A DNA stretch of 64,000 bases, taken from assembly GCA_965649295.1 (NCBI GenBank), contig CBFGKH010000006.1, positions 123,639 through 187,638 of the forward strand, written 5' to 3'. Positions within the stretch are counted from its first letter, which is position 1. The number at the start of each line of letters is the position of its first letter. Source of the DNA: a candidate division WOR-3 bacterium. GTDB lineage: Bacteria > Hydrothermota > Tepidihabitantia > Tepidihabitantales > Tepidihabitantaceae. Position numbers and translations under genes: made by a program. Below the pieces are notes generated by a model, which was not told where the DNA came from, did no database searches, and saw only the letters and a program-made list of their open reading frames with translations. Below, one piece after another: positions 48,051-57,879 of the stretch.

Positions 48051-50657
48051 ATGTCCAAAGGGTTCTTAGTTGCCATCTGCGGTCTGCTCGCTGCCAGTGC
48101 CTTTGCTGGCACTGATATTGACCTATGGGGAAAACCAAGCCCCAGCCATCCGCCGCGTTTCTCTGCCGCTGACGGAAACTGGTTTGGCGAGTTCTTGGTT
48201 GACACCGCCGTTGTCTGGGCACCAGGCCAGGGCACAATGCCAGCAGTTGCCTGGGGTGGCGGCAACTGGCTAGCGGTCTGGCACGACAATGTTCGGTCAG
48301 CAACCGGCACGGTCTATGCTGCCCGCGTCACGCCGGGGGGCGGGCTCCTTGACTCGGCGCCCATCTTCCTCGCCAATGGTGCCACCAACCCGGCAGTCGC
48401 CTTTGACGGCACCAACTTCCTCGTCGTCTGGGAAAAGGCAACCGGCACCAATCAGTACGACATCTATGGGGCCCGAATCAGCCCAACCGGCGCGGTGGTT
48501 GACACTGGCGGCGGCTTCCCGATTGTCGAGAATCCGACCAGCTCACAGTCATTTCCGGCCGTCAGTTTTGGCGGTGGTAGCTTCCTCGTTGTCTGGGAAG
48601 ACGACCGCAACACGGCAACAACCGGCAGCGACATCTATGGCCGGCTGGTAACACCTGCCGGCACTGTCGGACCGGAGTTTGTCGTCGCCAACTGGCTCCG
48701 CGACCAAACCCGACCCCGCGTGGCCTACGGCGACACTATCTTCTGCGTGGCCTGGCAGGACCAGCGCACTGGCCGGCCAGCACCGTTTGCCGGCCGCGTC
48801 ACCCGCTCCGGCGTCCTCCTTGACATCTACGGTATCCGGCTCACCGACAACAACTCGCAGCAGATTGGCCCGGCAGTCGCGTTCGGCGGCGGCAACTTTC
48901 TGGTTGCCTGGGCGCGGTATGACTCGGCTGCCCAGGTGAACCGTCTTCGCGGCACCAGGGTCACACCCGCCGGCGCTGTGCTCGACTCCGCCGGCTTGGT
49001 GCTGGCGATGAGCACCACCGGTGAATGGGGCCCGGCAATTGACTTTGACGGCACTAACTTCCTCATCGCCTGGATGAGCCGACCGATGAGCGGCTCCGAT
49101 GTCTGTGCCTCACGGGTCACAGCTCAGGGCGAACTGATTGACACCGTGGCGATTGAGGTTGGCCGTGCCCCGAACGTCCAGGAGTTTCCGGCCCTGGCCT
49201 TTTCCGGCAGCAGCTATCTTGTCCTCTGGTCCGACATGCGCAGCCCGTCCTATGCGGTGGCAATCTACGGCTCGCGCGTCACAACCGGTGGCTTGCCTCT
49301 TGACTCGGCCGGCATCCGCATCTCCTGGGGCGCCAATGCCCAGGGCATTCCGGCCGCGGCATCGGACGGCACGAATTACCTGGTTGTCTGGCAGGACTAT
49401 CGTTCCGACGGTGAGGACTCCGACATCTACGGCATCAGGCTTGACTCGCTCGGCCGGCAACTGGAGCCGACCGCCTTTCCGATTGTCACCCGCCGCGGCT
49501 ACCAAGGCGAGGCCCAGGTCGCCTTTGACGGCACCAACTGGCTTGTCGTCTGGCAGGACAGCCGAACCGCTGGCTCAGCCATCTACGCTGCCCGGGTCTC
49601 GCGGGCCGGCACGGTGCTTGACCCTGACGGCCAAGAGCTGTTCCGAACTGCCGGCGACTATCTGCGACCAGCAGTCGCCTACAACGGCACTAACTATCTT
49701 ATCGCCTGGGGTGACTACGCCACTGGCGGCCCGCCCAATATCCGCTACGGCCGGGTGCGGCCCGACCTGACCGTTCTCGACTCCGGCGGCATCCTCGTTC
49801 CCTACGACACCATCACCGTCGCCCGCTCTTATTGCAGTATCGGCTCGGACGGCACCAACTGGCTACTATGCTGGACCGACGGTCACGACCGCAACTTCTC
49901 TGACGTCTATGCCACCCGCATCGGCCCGAACGGCACCGCGCTCGACTCGGCCGGCTTCCCGGTCAGTCAAGCCCTTTTCTACCAGTATTGCCCGGCTGTT
50001 TGCTTCGACGGCACCAACTATCTGGTCGCCTGGACCGACCGCCGCTCCCAGCAGGATACAGCTATCTATGCGGCCCGCGTCTCGCCCACTGGCACTGTTC
50101 TGGAACCCAACGGCATCCCCGTCAGCTCTGGCGCCGACTTCCTGACCCGGGCAACGAGCCTTGTCTGGAACGGCACCGAATGGGTGCTCGGCTGGGGTCG
50201 CCGGGGCCTGATTCGCGGTGCCCGATTGCAGCCCAGCGGCGCGGTTATTGACACCTTCACGATTATCCGCTGGGGTCAGGCCTACTACCCGGGCTTTGCT
50301 GCCCGCAGCCGTGGCCAGGTCTTGCTCTGCTACACTGGCTGGGCTGAGGAATACCGCGGCCGCCACATCGGCGTCGCCCGCATCTGGGGCAAGTTCGGGC
50401 CATTCCCTGGTGTTGCCGAGGAACCCTTAGCAGCCGAGCTAGCCAGCAGCATCAGGGTCCTGCCCAATCCCACCGCCGGCCCGGCCCTCATCCGCACTGC
50501 CCAAGCCCGGCGCGTCGCGGTCTACGATGCTCTTGGCCGACTGGTGCGAAGGCTCGAACTGCAACAAGGCCAGGCTCAGCTCACCGGCCTTCAACCGGGT
50601 GTCTATCTGCTGTTAGCAGAACCAGGCGCGGCCCGAGCCAAGCTGATCGTCCGCTAG
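48051..50657 (+). CDS. Secreted repeat protein (AFDGTNYLVxWxD repeats) with a T9SS-like CTD
   Basis: About 11 repeats of P.VAFDGTN(F/Y)LV.W...IYxxRV...G.VLD; PNP...YDALGRLV...GVYL. Confidence 0.85.
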   Translation: MSKGFLVAICGLLAASAFAGTDIDLWGKPSPSHPPRFSAADGNWFGEFLVDTAVVWAPGQGTMPAVAWGGGNWLAVWHDNVRSATGTVYAARVTPGGGLLDSAPIFLANGATNPAVAFDGTNFLVVWEKATGTNQYDIYGARISPTGAVVDTGGGFPIVENPTSSQSFPAVSFGGGSFLVVWEDDRNTATTGSDIYGRLVTPAGTVGPEFVVANWLRDQTRPRVAYGDTIFCVAWQDQRTGRPAPFAGRVTRSGVLLDIYGIRLTDNNSQQIGPAVAFGGGNFLVAWARYDSAAQVNRLRGTRVTPAGAVLDSAGLVLAMSTTGEWGPAIDFDGTNFLIAWMSRPMSGSDVCASRVTAQGELIDTVAIEVGRAPNVQEFPALAFSGSSYLVLWSDMRSPSYAVAIYGSRVTTGGLPLDSAGIRISWGANAQGIPAAASDGTNYLVVWQDYRSDGEDSDIYGIRLDSLGRQLEPTAFPIVTRRGYQGEAQVAFDGTNWLVVWQDSRTAGSAIYAARVSRAGTVLDPDGQELFRTAGDYLRPAVAYNGTNYLIAWGDYATGGPPNIRYGRVRPDLTVLDSGGILVPYDTITVARSYCSIGSDGTNWLLCWTDGHDRNFSDVYATRIGPNGTALDSAGFPVSQALFYQYCPAVCFDGTNYLVAWTDRRSQQDTAIYAARVSPTGTVLEPNGIPVSSGADFLTRATSLVWNGTEWVLGWGRRGLIRGARLQPSGAVIDTFTIIRWGQAYYPGFAARSRGQVLLCYTGWAEEYRGRHIGVARIWGKFGPFPGVAEEPLAAELASSIRVLPNPTAGPALIRTAQARRVAVYDALGRLVRRLELQQGQAQLTGLQPGVYLLLAEPGAARAKLIVR

Positions 50658-51763
50658 ACGGTAATCTCGCCGGCCCAGTCCTGCTGGAACAGCTGGCCGA
50701 CACTCGCCCGCTCCCGACTTGGGTCACCCAAAAGCACCATCAGCTTCACCAGCGCTGCCTCCGGCGTCATATCCGCGCCCGAAATAACCCCGGCTTCGAG
50801 CAACCGGCAACTTGTCTCATAACGCTCCAGCTCAACCCGGCCGCCACCACACTGAGTCACCGCCACCGCCACCACTCCCCGCCTGACTGCCGCCGCAATC
50901 GCCCCGAGCATCCGCTCATCGCTTGGCACCGTACCTGCCCCATAGGCCAAAAGCACGATTCCCGCCAGACTCTCATCACCAAGAATGTGCGGCAGCAGCG
51001 ACCCTTGCTGGATACCAGGAAAGAAACTGACCGCAACGACATTCGTCTCCAGCCCGGTGCGCAGCCGCAACCGTTTGCCGGAAATTGGCCGCAGCACCCG
51101 CCGATCAATAACAATACTCTCACCTGCCCGGCCCAGCGGTGGGTAGTTCGGCGAAGCAAAGGCCCGAAAACCAGAAGCACTAACCTTGCGACTGCGATTG
51201 CCCCGCAGCAGCACATCACCAAAAAAGATACTCACCTCGGGCACGACCGGCAGCCCCGAATGGGCCGGATTAGCAATCAGCAGCGCTGTCAACAGATTCT
51301 GCAACGCGTCGTTACGGACATTGTGCAGATGCGAAAGCTGGGCGCCGGTCAAAACGACCGGCTTACTCAGGTTTTGGAGCATAAAACTCAGCGCCGAGGC
51401 GGTATAAACCATCGTGTCAGTGCCGTGCAACACCACAAACCCCTCGTAGCGGTCATGATTCTCGGCAATCACCGCCGCCAACTCGCGCCAATACTCTGGC
51501 CCGATATTCGCCGAATCGAGCGGCGTCAGGCTGCAGCCATCCACATTGAACCCGATATAGCGGGCATTCGGCGAGCCGTCAGCCAGCCGTTCATTCAGCG
51601 AACTAGTACGGCGACGATACTCGGCCCAGCTCACCACCGCCAGCGGACTCTTCGGGTCCTGGGGGTCACGCGGCATCGAACCGATCGTGCCCCCGGTATA
51701 GACGACCAACACCCCCTCACCCCGGTTGCCCGGCTCATAGCAATGAGAAATCGCAGTCGTCAC
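50654..51763 (-). CDS. ansA: Type I (cytoplasmic) L-asparaginase
   Basis: YTGGTIG, HGTDTM, TGAQ, DMTPEAA. Confidence 0.88.
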   Translation of the reverse strand: MTTAISHCYEPGNRGEGVLVVYTGGTIGSMPRDPQDPKSPLAVVSWAEYRRRTSSLNERLADGSPNARYIGFNVDGCSLTPLDSANIGPEYWRELAAVIAENHDRYEGFVVLHGTDTMVYTASALSFMLQNLSKPVVLTGAQLSHLHNVRNDALQNLLTALLIANPAHSGLPVVPEVSIFFGDVLLRGNRSRKVSASGFRAFASPNYPPLGRAGESIVIDRRVLRPISGKRLRLRTGLETNVVAVSFFPGIQQGSLLPHILGDESLAGIVLLAYGAGTVPSDERMLGAIAAAVRRGVVAVAVTQCGGGRVELERYETSCRLLEAGVISGADMTPEAALVKLMVLLGDPSRERASVGQLFQQDWAGEITV

Positions 51764-51765
51764 GG

Positions 51766-51957
51766 CTAGCGAACGTTCAACATCGGCACAAGCTTCTGAT
51801 CAAACGGCGTGATAACAAACGTGTTATTCTGACTCTCCGCCACCTTCTTCAACATCTCGACATAATACCAGGTCAGATAACTATTCGTCAGCGAGCCGGC
51901 AATCACCCAATCGGCCACCACCGCGGCAATCGCGACGACTACCAGTAGTCCAAACAT
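51766..51957 (-). pseudogene. Short ORF resembling an internally deleted SPFH/prohibitin gene
   Basis: Strong RBS AAGGAGG; TM start joined directly to IAGSLTNSYLTWYYVEML...NNTFVITPFDQKL, which resembles a prohibitin-family C-terminus. Confidence 0.4.
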
Positions 51958-52077
51958 AAAGCCTCCTTGGCCTAGCCATACTCTACCCGGGCCAGACCAC
52001 AACGCAAGCACCAGCCACTGCCGTTTGACAAAACCAGACCGCAGCGCTATCTTTGCCCCACACCAAGGAGGACCTAG

Positions 52078-52695
52078 ATGAAAAAACTGCTGCTCGTCCT
52101 GCCGCTGCTGGCCGGCCTCGTGCTCGTCGGCTGCGACACAACACCAGACTACTACCCGCTGACTGTCGGTAGTGTCTGGAACTACACCGGCTACACGACG
52201 ATGACCACGTCGCTGGCTTCAACCGACACGATGGTCAAGCTCGACCAGCGGGTCCAGATTACAAAGTCCGACACCCTCAACTCTGGACTCCAGGTAGTCG
52301 AAGTCATAACGACAATCACTCAGGATATGGCGATGCCGGACACCACCATAACCGTCGTTGATACAAGCTACTACCACGAGACCGACTCAAGCATCGTGGT
52401 CTATCCCGACAAAGCCGCAACCGCCGGCGAGACGGTAATCCGTCTGCCGCTCGAAGCCGGCAAGACCTGGACCCAGGCCGGCGCAACAACCACCGTAGTT
52501 GAGCAGGAAGACGTGACTGTTCCCGCCGGCACCTACAAAAAAGCCTGGCGCCTGGAGACATCAGTAACCGGTGTCACAACCGGCAAGGCCTGGTATGCCA
52601 ACAAGACCGGGCTTGTCAAGTACGCCATGACCTACACCGGCGGTGGCGTAACCTACAACACCGTCGTTGAACTGAAGTCAGCCACGGTCAAATAG
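52078..52695 (+). CDS. Lipoprotein of unknown function
   Basis: Lipobox LVGC; DYYPLTVGSVWNY and VTVPAGTY motifs; promoter TTGACA-N17-TATCTT and RBS AAGGAGG. Confidence 0.85.
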   Translation: MKKLLLVLPLLAGLVLVGCDTTPDYYPLTVGSVWNYTGYTTMTTSLASTDTMVKLDQRVQITKSDTLNSGLQVVEVITTITQDMAMPDTTITVVDTSYYHETDSSIVVYPDKAATAGETVIRLPLEAGKTWTQAGATTTVVEQEDVTVPAGTYKKAWRLETSVTGVTTGKAWYANKTGLVKYAMTYTGGGVTYNTVVELKSATVK

Positions 52696-52721
52696 TCACT
52701 AGCTGCTCAGTCCTGATTCGC

Positions 52722-52748
52722 TGGGCCGCGAGCGAAACTCGCGGCCCA
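52722..52748. terminator. Stem-loop between convergent genes
   Basis: TGGGCCGCGAG-cgaaa-CTCGCGGCCCA. Confidence 0.65.
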
Positions 52749-52848
52749 AGCATTTCCGAACACTACCTATCCAATTGGCTCGGTCACGGCCCAGCCAAAA
52801 ACAACGCGCGGCGCGGCGGCCGCCGCTAGAAAGCAGTCCGGGTCAGCC

Positions 52849-55227
52849 CTAACGCTGTACCACCAGCTTGCGGTTTAGGGTATAACTGCCTGCGGTCAGC
52901 CGGCAAAAGTAAACACCCGGCGCCAATCCGGCCAGGTCCAGATTCCACGTGCCGGTAGTGGCAGCGATTGCTGGCCCCCGCTGGACGAGTCGGCCGGCCT
53001 GGTCGTAGAGGCTGAGCTTGACTGTGCTTTGGGTGGGCACCGAGAAGGTGACCGTCGCTGTCCGCCGGGCTGGGTTCGGCCCAACCCCAAGCGCGACGCG
53101 CGGCGCTGGTTCTGGCATTGGGTCGGCGACAACGCCGGTGCCGCCACCACTAGTCCAGACCGCGGCATTGTGAATCACCCTCGCCCAGCCACCACTACGC
53201 CGACTGTTGCCGTTGACGCCCGGGTAGGAGTTGATGCCCACGACGCGACGGTTGGCGCTCGCGGCAACGTAGTATTCGCCGTCGTCCCATTTGGCAACTG
53301 AGTCGGCGCCGCTGGCCAGCCCAACATCGCAGATGTAGTAGTCGCCAACGGTGCTGACACCGGTCATTACCGGATGGCTGGAGTTATACCAACCGAGCAA
53401 CCGGTTGTTGAAGCTAAGGCCGCCGGGAACCAAGGTTCCGTAGGCGCCGGTCATTATCCTGCCTGCCAACTGCCAGCCGCTCGCAAATGAGAAGTTCGTG
53501 AGCACCACCCCTTTGCCGGCATCAACATAGTCGGCGAGGACGTTGCCCAGCGCAACCGGGTCGGCAAAGGCGTAGTTGGAGAAGGCGATGACCCCGTCGT
53601 AGGGCAGTAGCTCGGCCAGGGTCGGGGTTGCCGACTGGACCGAACGGTATTCGACCGAATCGCCCAGCGCAGTGAGCGCCGCGCCCAGGCTGTCGGGCAG
53701 CCCGTCGTCGGAGTAAAGCACCAGTAGCCGCAGCCGCGACGACGGAACAACGCACATGAGGCCGCGCGGGTCTAGGGCGATGGTGCCGGAGGCGATGAGG
53801 GTGCGGGCTGGACTGAATACTTTGAAGGTGTTGGTGGAGTAGCCGCTGTGGGCAACGTAGTACTGGCTGCCGTCCCAGGCGACAAATGCTGGGTCACCAG
53901 TGCCGCCGCCAATGTCCCAGGTGGCGTCGTGGGTGATTGTGCCGCCATTGAAGCGGGAGCAGGCATAGCCGTAGAGGAGCGAGCTGGTCCCGCACCAGAT
54001 GGTGTCACGGGCCAAGGAGAAATTGTAGGGGTGAGGTGAGATGTTTATCGTCGTCAGATTGATGAAGTTACCAGTCAGGTCATACTTATAGACTCTGTTG
54101 CCAAAGGGCACATAGAGGAACTGGCCGTCGGTGCGCACGGCGGTGTTGGCCGGATTGGCTAGGGTGAAGTCGGTGTATGTGCCGTCGGCAGTCCGGTGGC
54201 GGCGCAGGGTGGTGCCGGTGCTGACTTCGTAGATGTATTGGCCGGCCGGGTCGGCGCCGACGCGCGATTGGCCGCTCTGGAAGTTGAAGGGTGGCCGGCA
54301 GTTGCCGGGTGCCGGGTTGGGCACTTGACTTTTGGGGCAGCCGTAGAGGATGTTGGTGACGTCGTAGTTTTTGAAGTAGAGCGAGTCGGGGTTGAGGAAG
54401 CCGGTGAGCGGCTCGTGCACCCGGAACCGCCAGATCCAGTTGCCGTAGAAGCAACTGGCATAGACGCAGCCGCCGATTACCGGGTCTGCTTGGAAGCCGA
54501 TGCCCGAGAGGTAGCTCGGCAGGCCAGTGGGGAAGGTGTCGGTTGGGGTCCAGGTGTTGGCGACTGTGTCGAAGCGGCAGTACATTACGAGATAGGTCCC
54601 GCTTGATGAGTGCGGCATTGACCAGAGCCGGTTTGGGTACGTCCGGTCGAGCACGAGGTCGCGGGCGGTTGTCGGCAGCACCACTCCGCCCGACTGGGTG
54701 AGTGAGCGGAGGACGTTGCCGTTTTGGTCCATCGTGTAGATGGTCAGGTTGTTGGGGGCCGAGAATGTCGTGGCCCAGAACTTGCTACCGTCCCAGTCGA
54801 GGCCGCGCACCTGCCGACCACCGGTCGGAGCGAACTGGCGGACAAAAGTCCCGCCGAGGGTATAGACCTCACAGTACTCGGGTGAACCGAGCCGCGACAC
54901 GCAGATTGAGTCTGCAAAGGCGCAGATGGCGATGACGGGATCGCTGCCCCGGGTCGGAAATGAACCGATGAGTGCGCCGGTCAGCCGGTTCCGGTAGTGG
55001 ACCGCACTGTCCTGGAGCGCGCAGAAGACGGTGTCGTTGCGAACGTAGATGCATTGATAGAGTGTCTGGCTCGGTAGCGAGTCGAGCTTGACCCACATTG
55101 AGTCATCGGTCGGTCGTGGTGTTGTCGGCTTGGCCGGGATGGCGGTGCTAAATGGCTCGGTCGCATCCGGCCCGAGCGCCGCCGCTATGGCAACGACGAG
55201 CGCGAGTGATAACAGTGTCTTGGACAA
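52849..55227 (-). CDS. Secreted multi-domain protein (propeller repeats plus alpha/beta domain) with a T9SS-like CTD
   Basis: Signal peptide from TTG 55227 (RBS AAGGAGG); GLDWDG blades; PNPARR...YDQAGRLV...PGVYFCRL. Confidence 0.8.
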   Translation of the reverse strand: MSKTLLSLALVVAIAAALGPDATEPFSTAIPAKPTTPRPTDDSMWVKLDSLPSQTLYQCIYVRNDTVFCALQDSAVHYRNRLTGALIGSFPTRGSDPVIAICAFADSICVSRLGSPEYCEVYTLGGTFVRQFAPTGGRQVRGLDWDGSKFWATTFSAPNNLTIYTMDQNGNVLRSLTQSGGVVLPTTARDLVLDRTYPNRLWSMPHSSSGTYLVMYCRFDTVANTWTPTDTFPTGLPSYLSGIGFQADPVIGGCVYASCFYGNWIWRFRVHEPLTGFLNPDSLYFKNYDVTNILYGCPKSQVPNPAPGNCRPPFNFQSGQSRVGADPAGQYIYEVSTGTTLRRHRTADGTYTDFTLANPANTAVRTDGQFLYVPFGNRVYKYDLTGNFINLTTINISPHPYNFSLARDTIWCGTSSLLYGYACSRFNGGTITHDATWDIGGGTGDPAFVAWDGSQYYVAHSGYSTNTFKVFSPARTLIASGTIALDPRGLMCVVPSSRLRLLVLYSDDGLPDSLGAALTALGDSVEYRSVQSATPTLAELLPYDGVIAFSNYAFADPVALGNVLADYVDAGKGVVLTNFSFASGWQLAGRIMTGAYGTLVPGGLSFNNRLLGWYNSSHPVMTGVSTVGDYYICDVGLASGADSVAKWDDGEYYVAASANRRVVGINSYPGVNGNSRRSGGWARVIHNAAVWTSGGGTGVVADPMPEPAPRVALGVGPNPARRTATVTFSVPTQSTVKLSLYDQAGRLVQRGPAIAATTGTWNLDLAGLAPGVYFCRLTAGSYTLNRKLVVQR

Positions 55228-55293
55228 GGCTACCTCCTTGGTTTGAGTCCCCAACTACTCTTTGCCACAATCGGCACTGGCAGCAGCCGCACG

Positions 55294-57867
55294 CTAACGA
55301 GCCCACCGGCGAACCCGTCGTTCTGGCGGCCGCGGCTTTGTCGGGCGGCGCCGATTGTTCGCTTTTCGTTTCTCTTCAGCTTGGTGGTAAAGCCGAGCCA
55401 GCTCGGCCAGTCGCCGCTGCACCAGACCATTGACCGAGTCGGGCGGGTAGTTGCCCCGGGCATCAGGCTTGCCGGCTGGCTTACCGGTCAAAAGCTCAAT
55501 TCCGTCGTCAATCGTCCTTACGGTCCAGATATGGAACTTGCCTTGCCGCACCGCCTCGACCACTTCTTCGCGCAGCACCAGGTCGCGCCGATTCGCCTCG
55601 GGAATCATCACGCCCTGAGTGCCGGTCAGTCCACGCGCCTGGCAGGTGGCAAAGAAGCCTTCAATCTTCTGGTTGACCCCGCCAATTGGCTGAATCTCGC
55701 CCTGCTGATTGACCGAGCCGGTGACCGCAATGTCCTGCCGCAAGGGCAGGCCAGCAAGGTCCGAAAGTAGGGCATAGACTTCGGTGGAGCTGGCTGAGTC
55801 GCCGTCAATCTGGCCGTAGGACTGCTCAAAGCAGATTGAGGCCGAAAGCACGAGTGGCTGCCGCCGCGCATACTTCTGGCGCAGATAGCCGGTGAGAATG
55901 AAGACGCCCTTGTCATGGGTCGGGCCGGAGAGCTGGGCCTCGCGTTCAATGTTGATGATGCCGGCCGAACCGACGCCGGTCTTGGCGGTAATCCGGGCCG
56001 GCTTGCCAAAGGCATACTCGCCGGTCGCATAGACCGCCAGCCCATTGACCTGGCCAACCCGGGCGCCAGTCGTGTCAATGAAAATCTGGCCTTGGTCAAT
56101 CGCTTCCTGCAGTTTCTCCTCAATCAGCCGGGCCCGCTCGCGCCGGGCCGCAATCGCCTGCCGGACGTGCTCGGCGGTTGTCGTCTTGGCTTTGGCCTTG
56201 CCGGCCCAGTAGTCAGCCTCCATCAGCACCTCGTTGATGATGTTGAAGCGGGTGGAGAGCTTGTCCTGGCGGCCAGCCAGCCGCGCCCCGTATTCGACCA
56301 CTGCCTGCACTCCGCTCCGGTCCAGCGGCCGCAGCCCCTCCTTGACGCCGAGGCTCTTGATTACCTGGGTGTACTCGGCGACTGCGGCTGCGTTCTGCGC
56401 CATCTCCCAGTCAAAGTCGGCCCGCACCTTGAAAATCTTGCGAAAGTCCTCGTCGTAGGCCGAAAGCAGGGCATAGACCTCGGGGTCGCCAATCATTATC
56501 ACCTTGACATTGATTGGCACGGGCTCGGGTTTGAGTGTGGCCGAGCCAAAGAGCAGCGAGTAGGAATCCTGGGCCGCAATGTCGAGCTGCCGATTGCGCA
56601 GGGTGCGTTTGAGCGTCGGCCAGACCCCGGGTTCGAGCAGGGCGTCAATCGCATTGATGACAAGAAAGCCGCCGTCGGCCCGCAGTAGCGAGCCGGCCTT
56701 GATGCGGGTGAAGTCAACCCGCCACTGCCCAGCCCGGTCCCAGACCCGATCAATCCAGCCAAAGATATTCTTATAGCTCGGATTGGTCTCAAAGATTACC
56801 GGTACCCGGTCAGCGCCGGCATTGTCAACCAGCACATTGACCCGAAACTCAAGATAGGGGTCAACATTGGCCGGCTGGTCTGCCGGCTTCTGGCGAAAGA
56901 GTTCGAGCCGCTCCAGCACCGCGTTGCGGACATCCCCAAGCCAGGCCCGGACACAGCCCGGCTTGCTCGGCGCACACTCGGGGTCAAACTTCTCGGTAAT
57001 GTCGCCAATCCGCTCATCCAGCAGCGGCTGAATCGCCTCACGGTCAAGTCCAACGAGCGTCTCCCGGGCCAGCTTCTCATACTCCCGAATCTCCTTGAAG
57101 ATTACCCCCAGCTCGCTCGACAGTTCGGCATAGGCGGCCCGAATCTCGGCGGCCCGCTCGGCTGTGAGCTTGCCTTCCTCGACCAGCCGGGGCAGGTCGT
57201 CAATTCGGACCGGCTGCTTGTCAACAATCGGCGCCAGGTCCGGCCGCAGAAACGGCGCGGTCTGCACCAGGGCAAACCCGGCTGCCGCAATCTTTTTCTC
57301 AAACTCGCGCACCCGGGCCCCGCCCCGCTCCTTGAACCCGTCAATCACCTCCTGCCGCTGCCGCTGATAGGCCTCGCTCTCATACGCCAAGGGCACCGAC
57401 TTGACTAAATACTCAATAAACTCATCCATCGTCTGCTTGAACCGGCGGCCAGCGCCGGGCCGCAGCCGCAATAGACACGGCGAGTCCGGGTCGCGGAAGT
57501 TGGCAACATAGAGCTTGTCGTCAAGCTCGACTGGCCGGGTGCGGGTGCTCTCCAATAGTTGCCGCACCGTCGTTGTCCGACCAGTCCCAACCGGCCCAGA
57601 AACAAAGACGTTGTAACCAACCGAGTTTATCTCCAGCCCCAGCATCAGGGCATTGACTGCCCGCTGCTGACCGACAATCGTTTGGGCCAGCTTGATGTCG
57701 TCGGTCGTCGCAAACTTCCAGTCGCTAGTATCGCAGCGCCAGTAAAGCTCGTCCGGGCCGAGCTCCCGTAGCCCGGCACCGCCGGTCTCGCTCGCTAGCT
57801 TGTTCTCTCCTCGTCCCCTCGTGCCCCTTCGGCTTTGCTCTGGCCGAGCTTGGTCGTGACTCCTCAT
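55294..57867 (-). CDS. Lon-like protease (LonC type)
   Basis: GQQRA, degenerate Walker A GPVGTGRT, GQVNGL, IDGDSAS (catalytic Ser), GGVNQKIEGF (Lys). Confidence 0.9.
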   Translation of the reverse strand: MRSHDQARPEQSRRGTRGRGENKLASETGGAGLRELGPDELYWRCDTSDWKFATTDDIKLAQTIVGQQRAVNALMLGLEINSVGYNVFVSGPVGTGRTTTVRQLLESTRTRPVELDDKLYVANFRDPDSPCLLRLRPGAGRRFKQTMDEFIEYLVKSVPLAYESEAYQRQRQEVIDGFKERGGARVREFEKKIAAAGFALVQTAPFLRPDLAPIVDKQPVRIDDLPRLVEEGKLTAERAAEIRAAYAELSSELGVIFKEIREYEKLARETLVGLDREAIQPLLDERIGDITEKFDPECAPSKPGCVRAWLGDVRNAVLERLELFRQKPADQPANVDPYLEFRVNVLVDNAGADRVPVIFETNPSYKNIFGWIDRVWDRAGQWRVDFTRIKAGSLLRADGGFLVINAIDALLEPGVWPTLKRTLRNRQLDIAAQDSYSLLFGSATLKPEPVPINVKVIMIGDPEVYALLSAYDEDFRKIFKVRADFDWEMAQNAAAVAEYTQVIKSLGVKEGLRPLDRSGVQAVVEYGARLAGRQDKLSTRFNIINEVLMEADYWAGKAKAKTTTAEHVRQAIAARRERARLIEEKLQEAIDQGQIFIDTTGARVGQVNGLAVYATGEYAFGKPARITAKTGVGSAGIINIEREAQLSGPTHDKGVFILTGYLRQKYARRQPLVLSASICFEQSYGQIDGDSASSTEVYALLSDLAGLPLRQDIAVTGSVNQQGEIQPIGGVNQKIEGFFATCQARGLTGTQGVMIPEANRRDLVLREEVVEAVRQGKFHIWTVRTIDDGIELLTGKPAGKPDARGNYPPDSVNGLVQRRLAELARLYHQAEEKRKANNRRRPTKPRPPERRVRRWAR

Positions 57868-57879
57868 TGCCCCTCCTCG

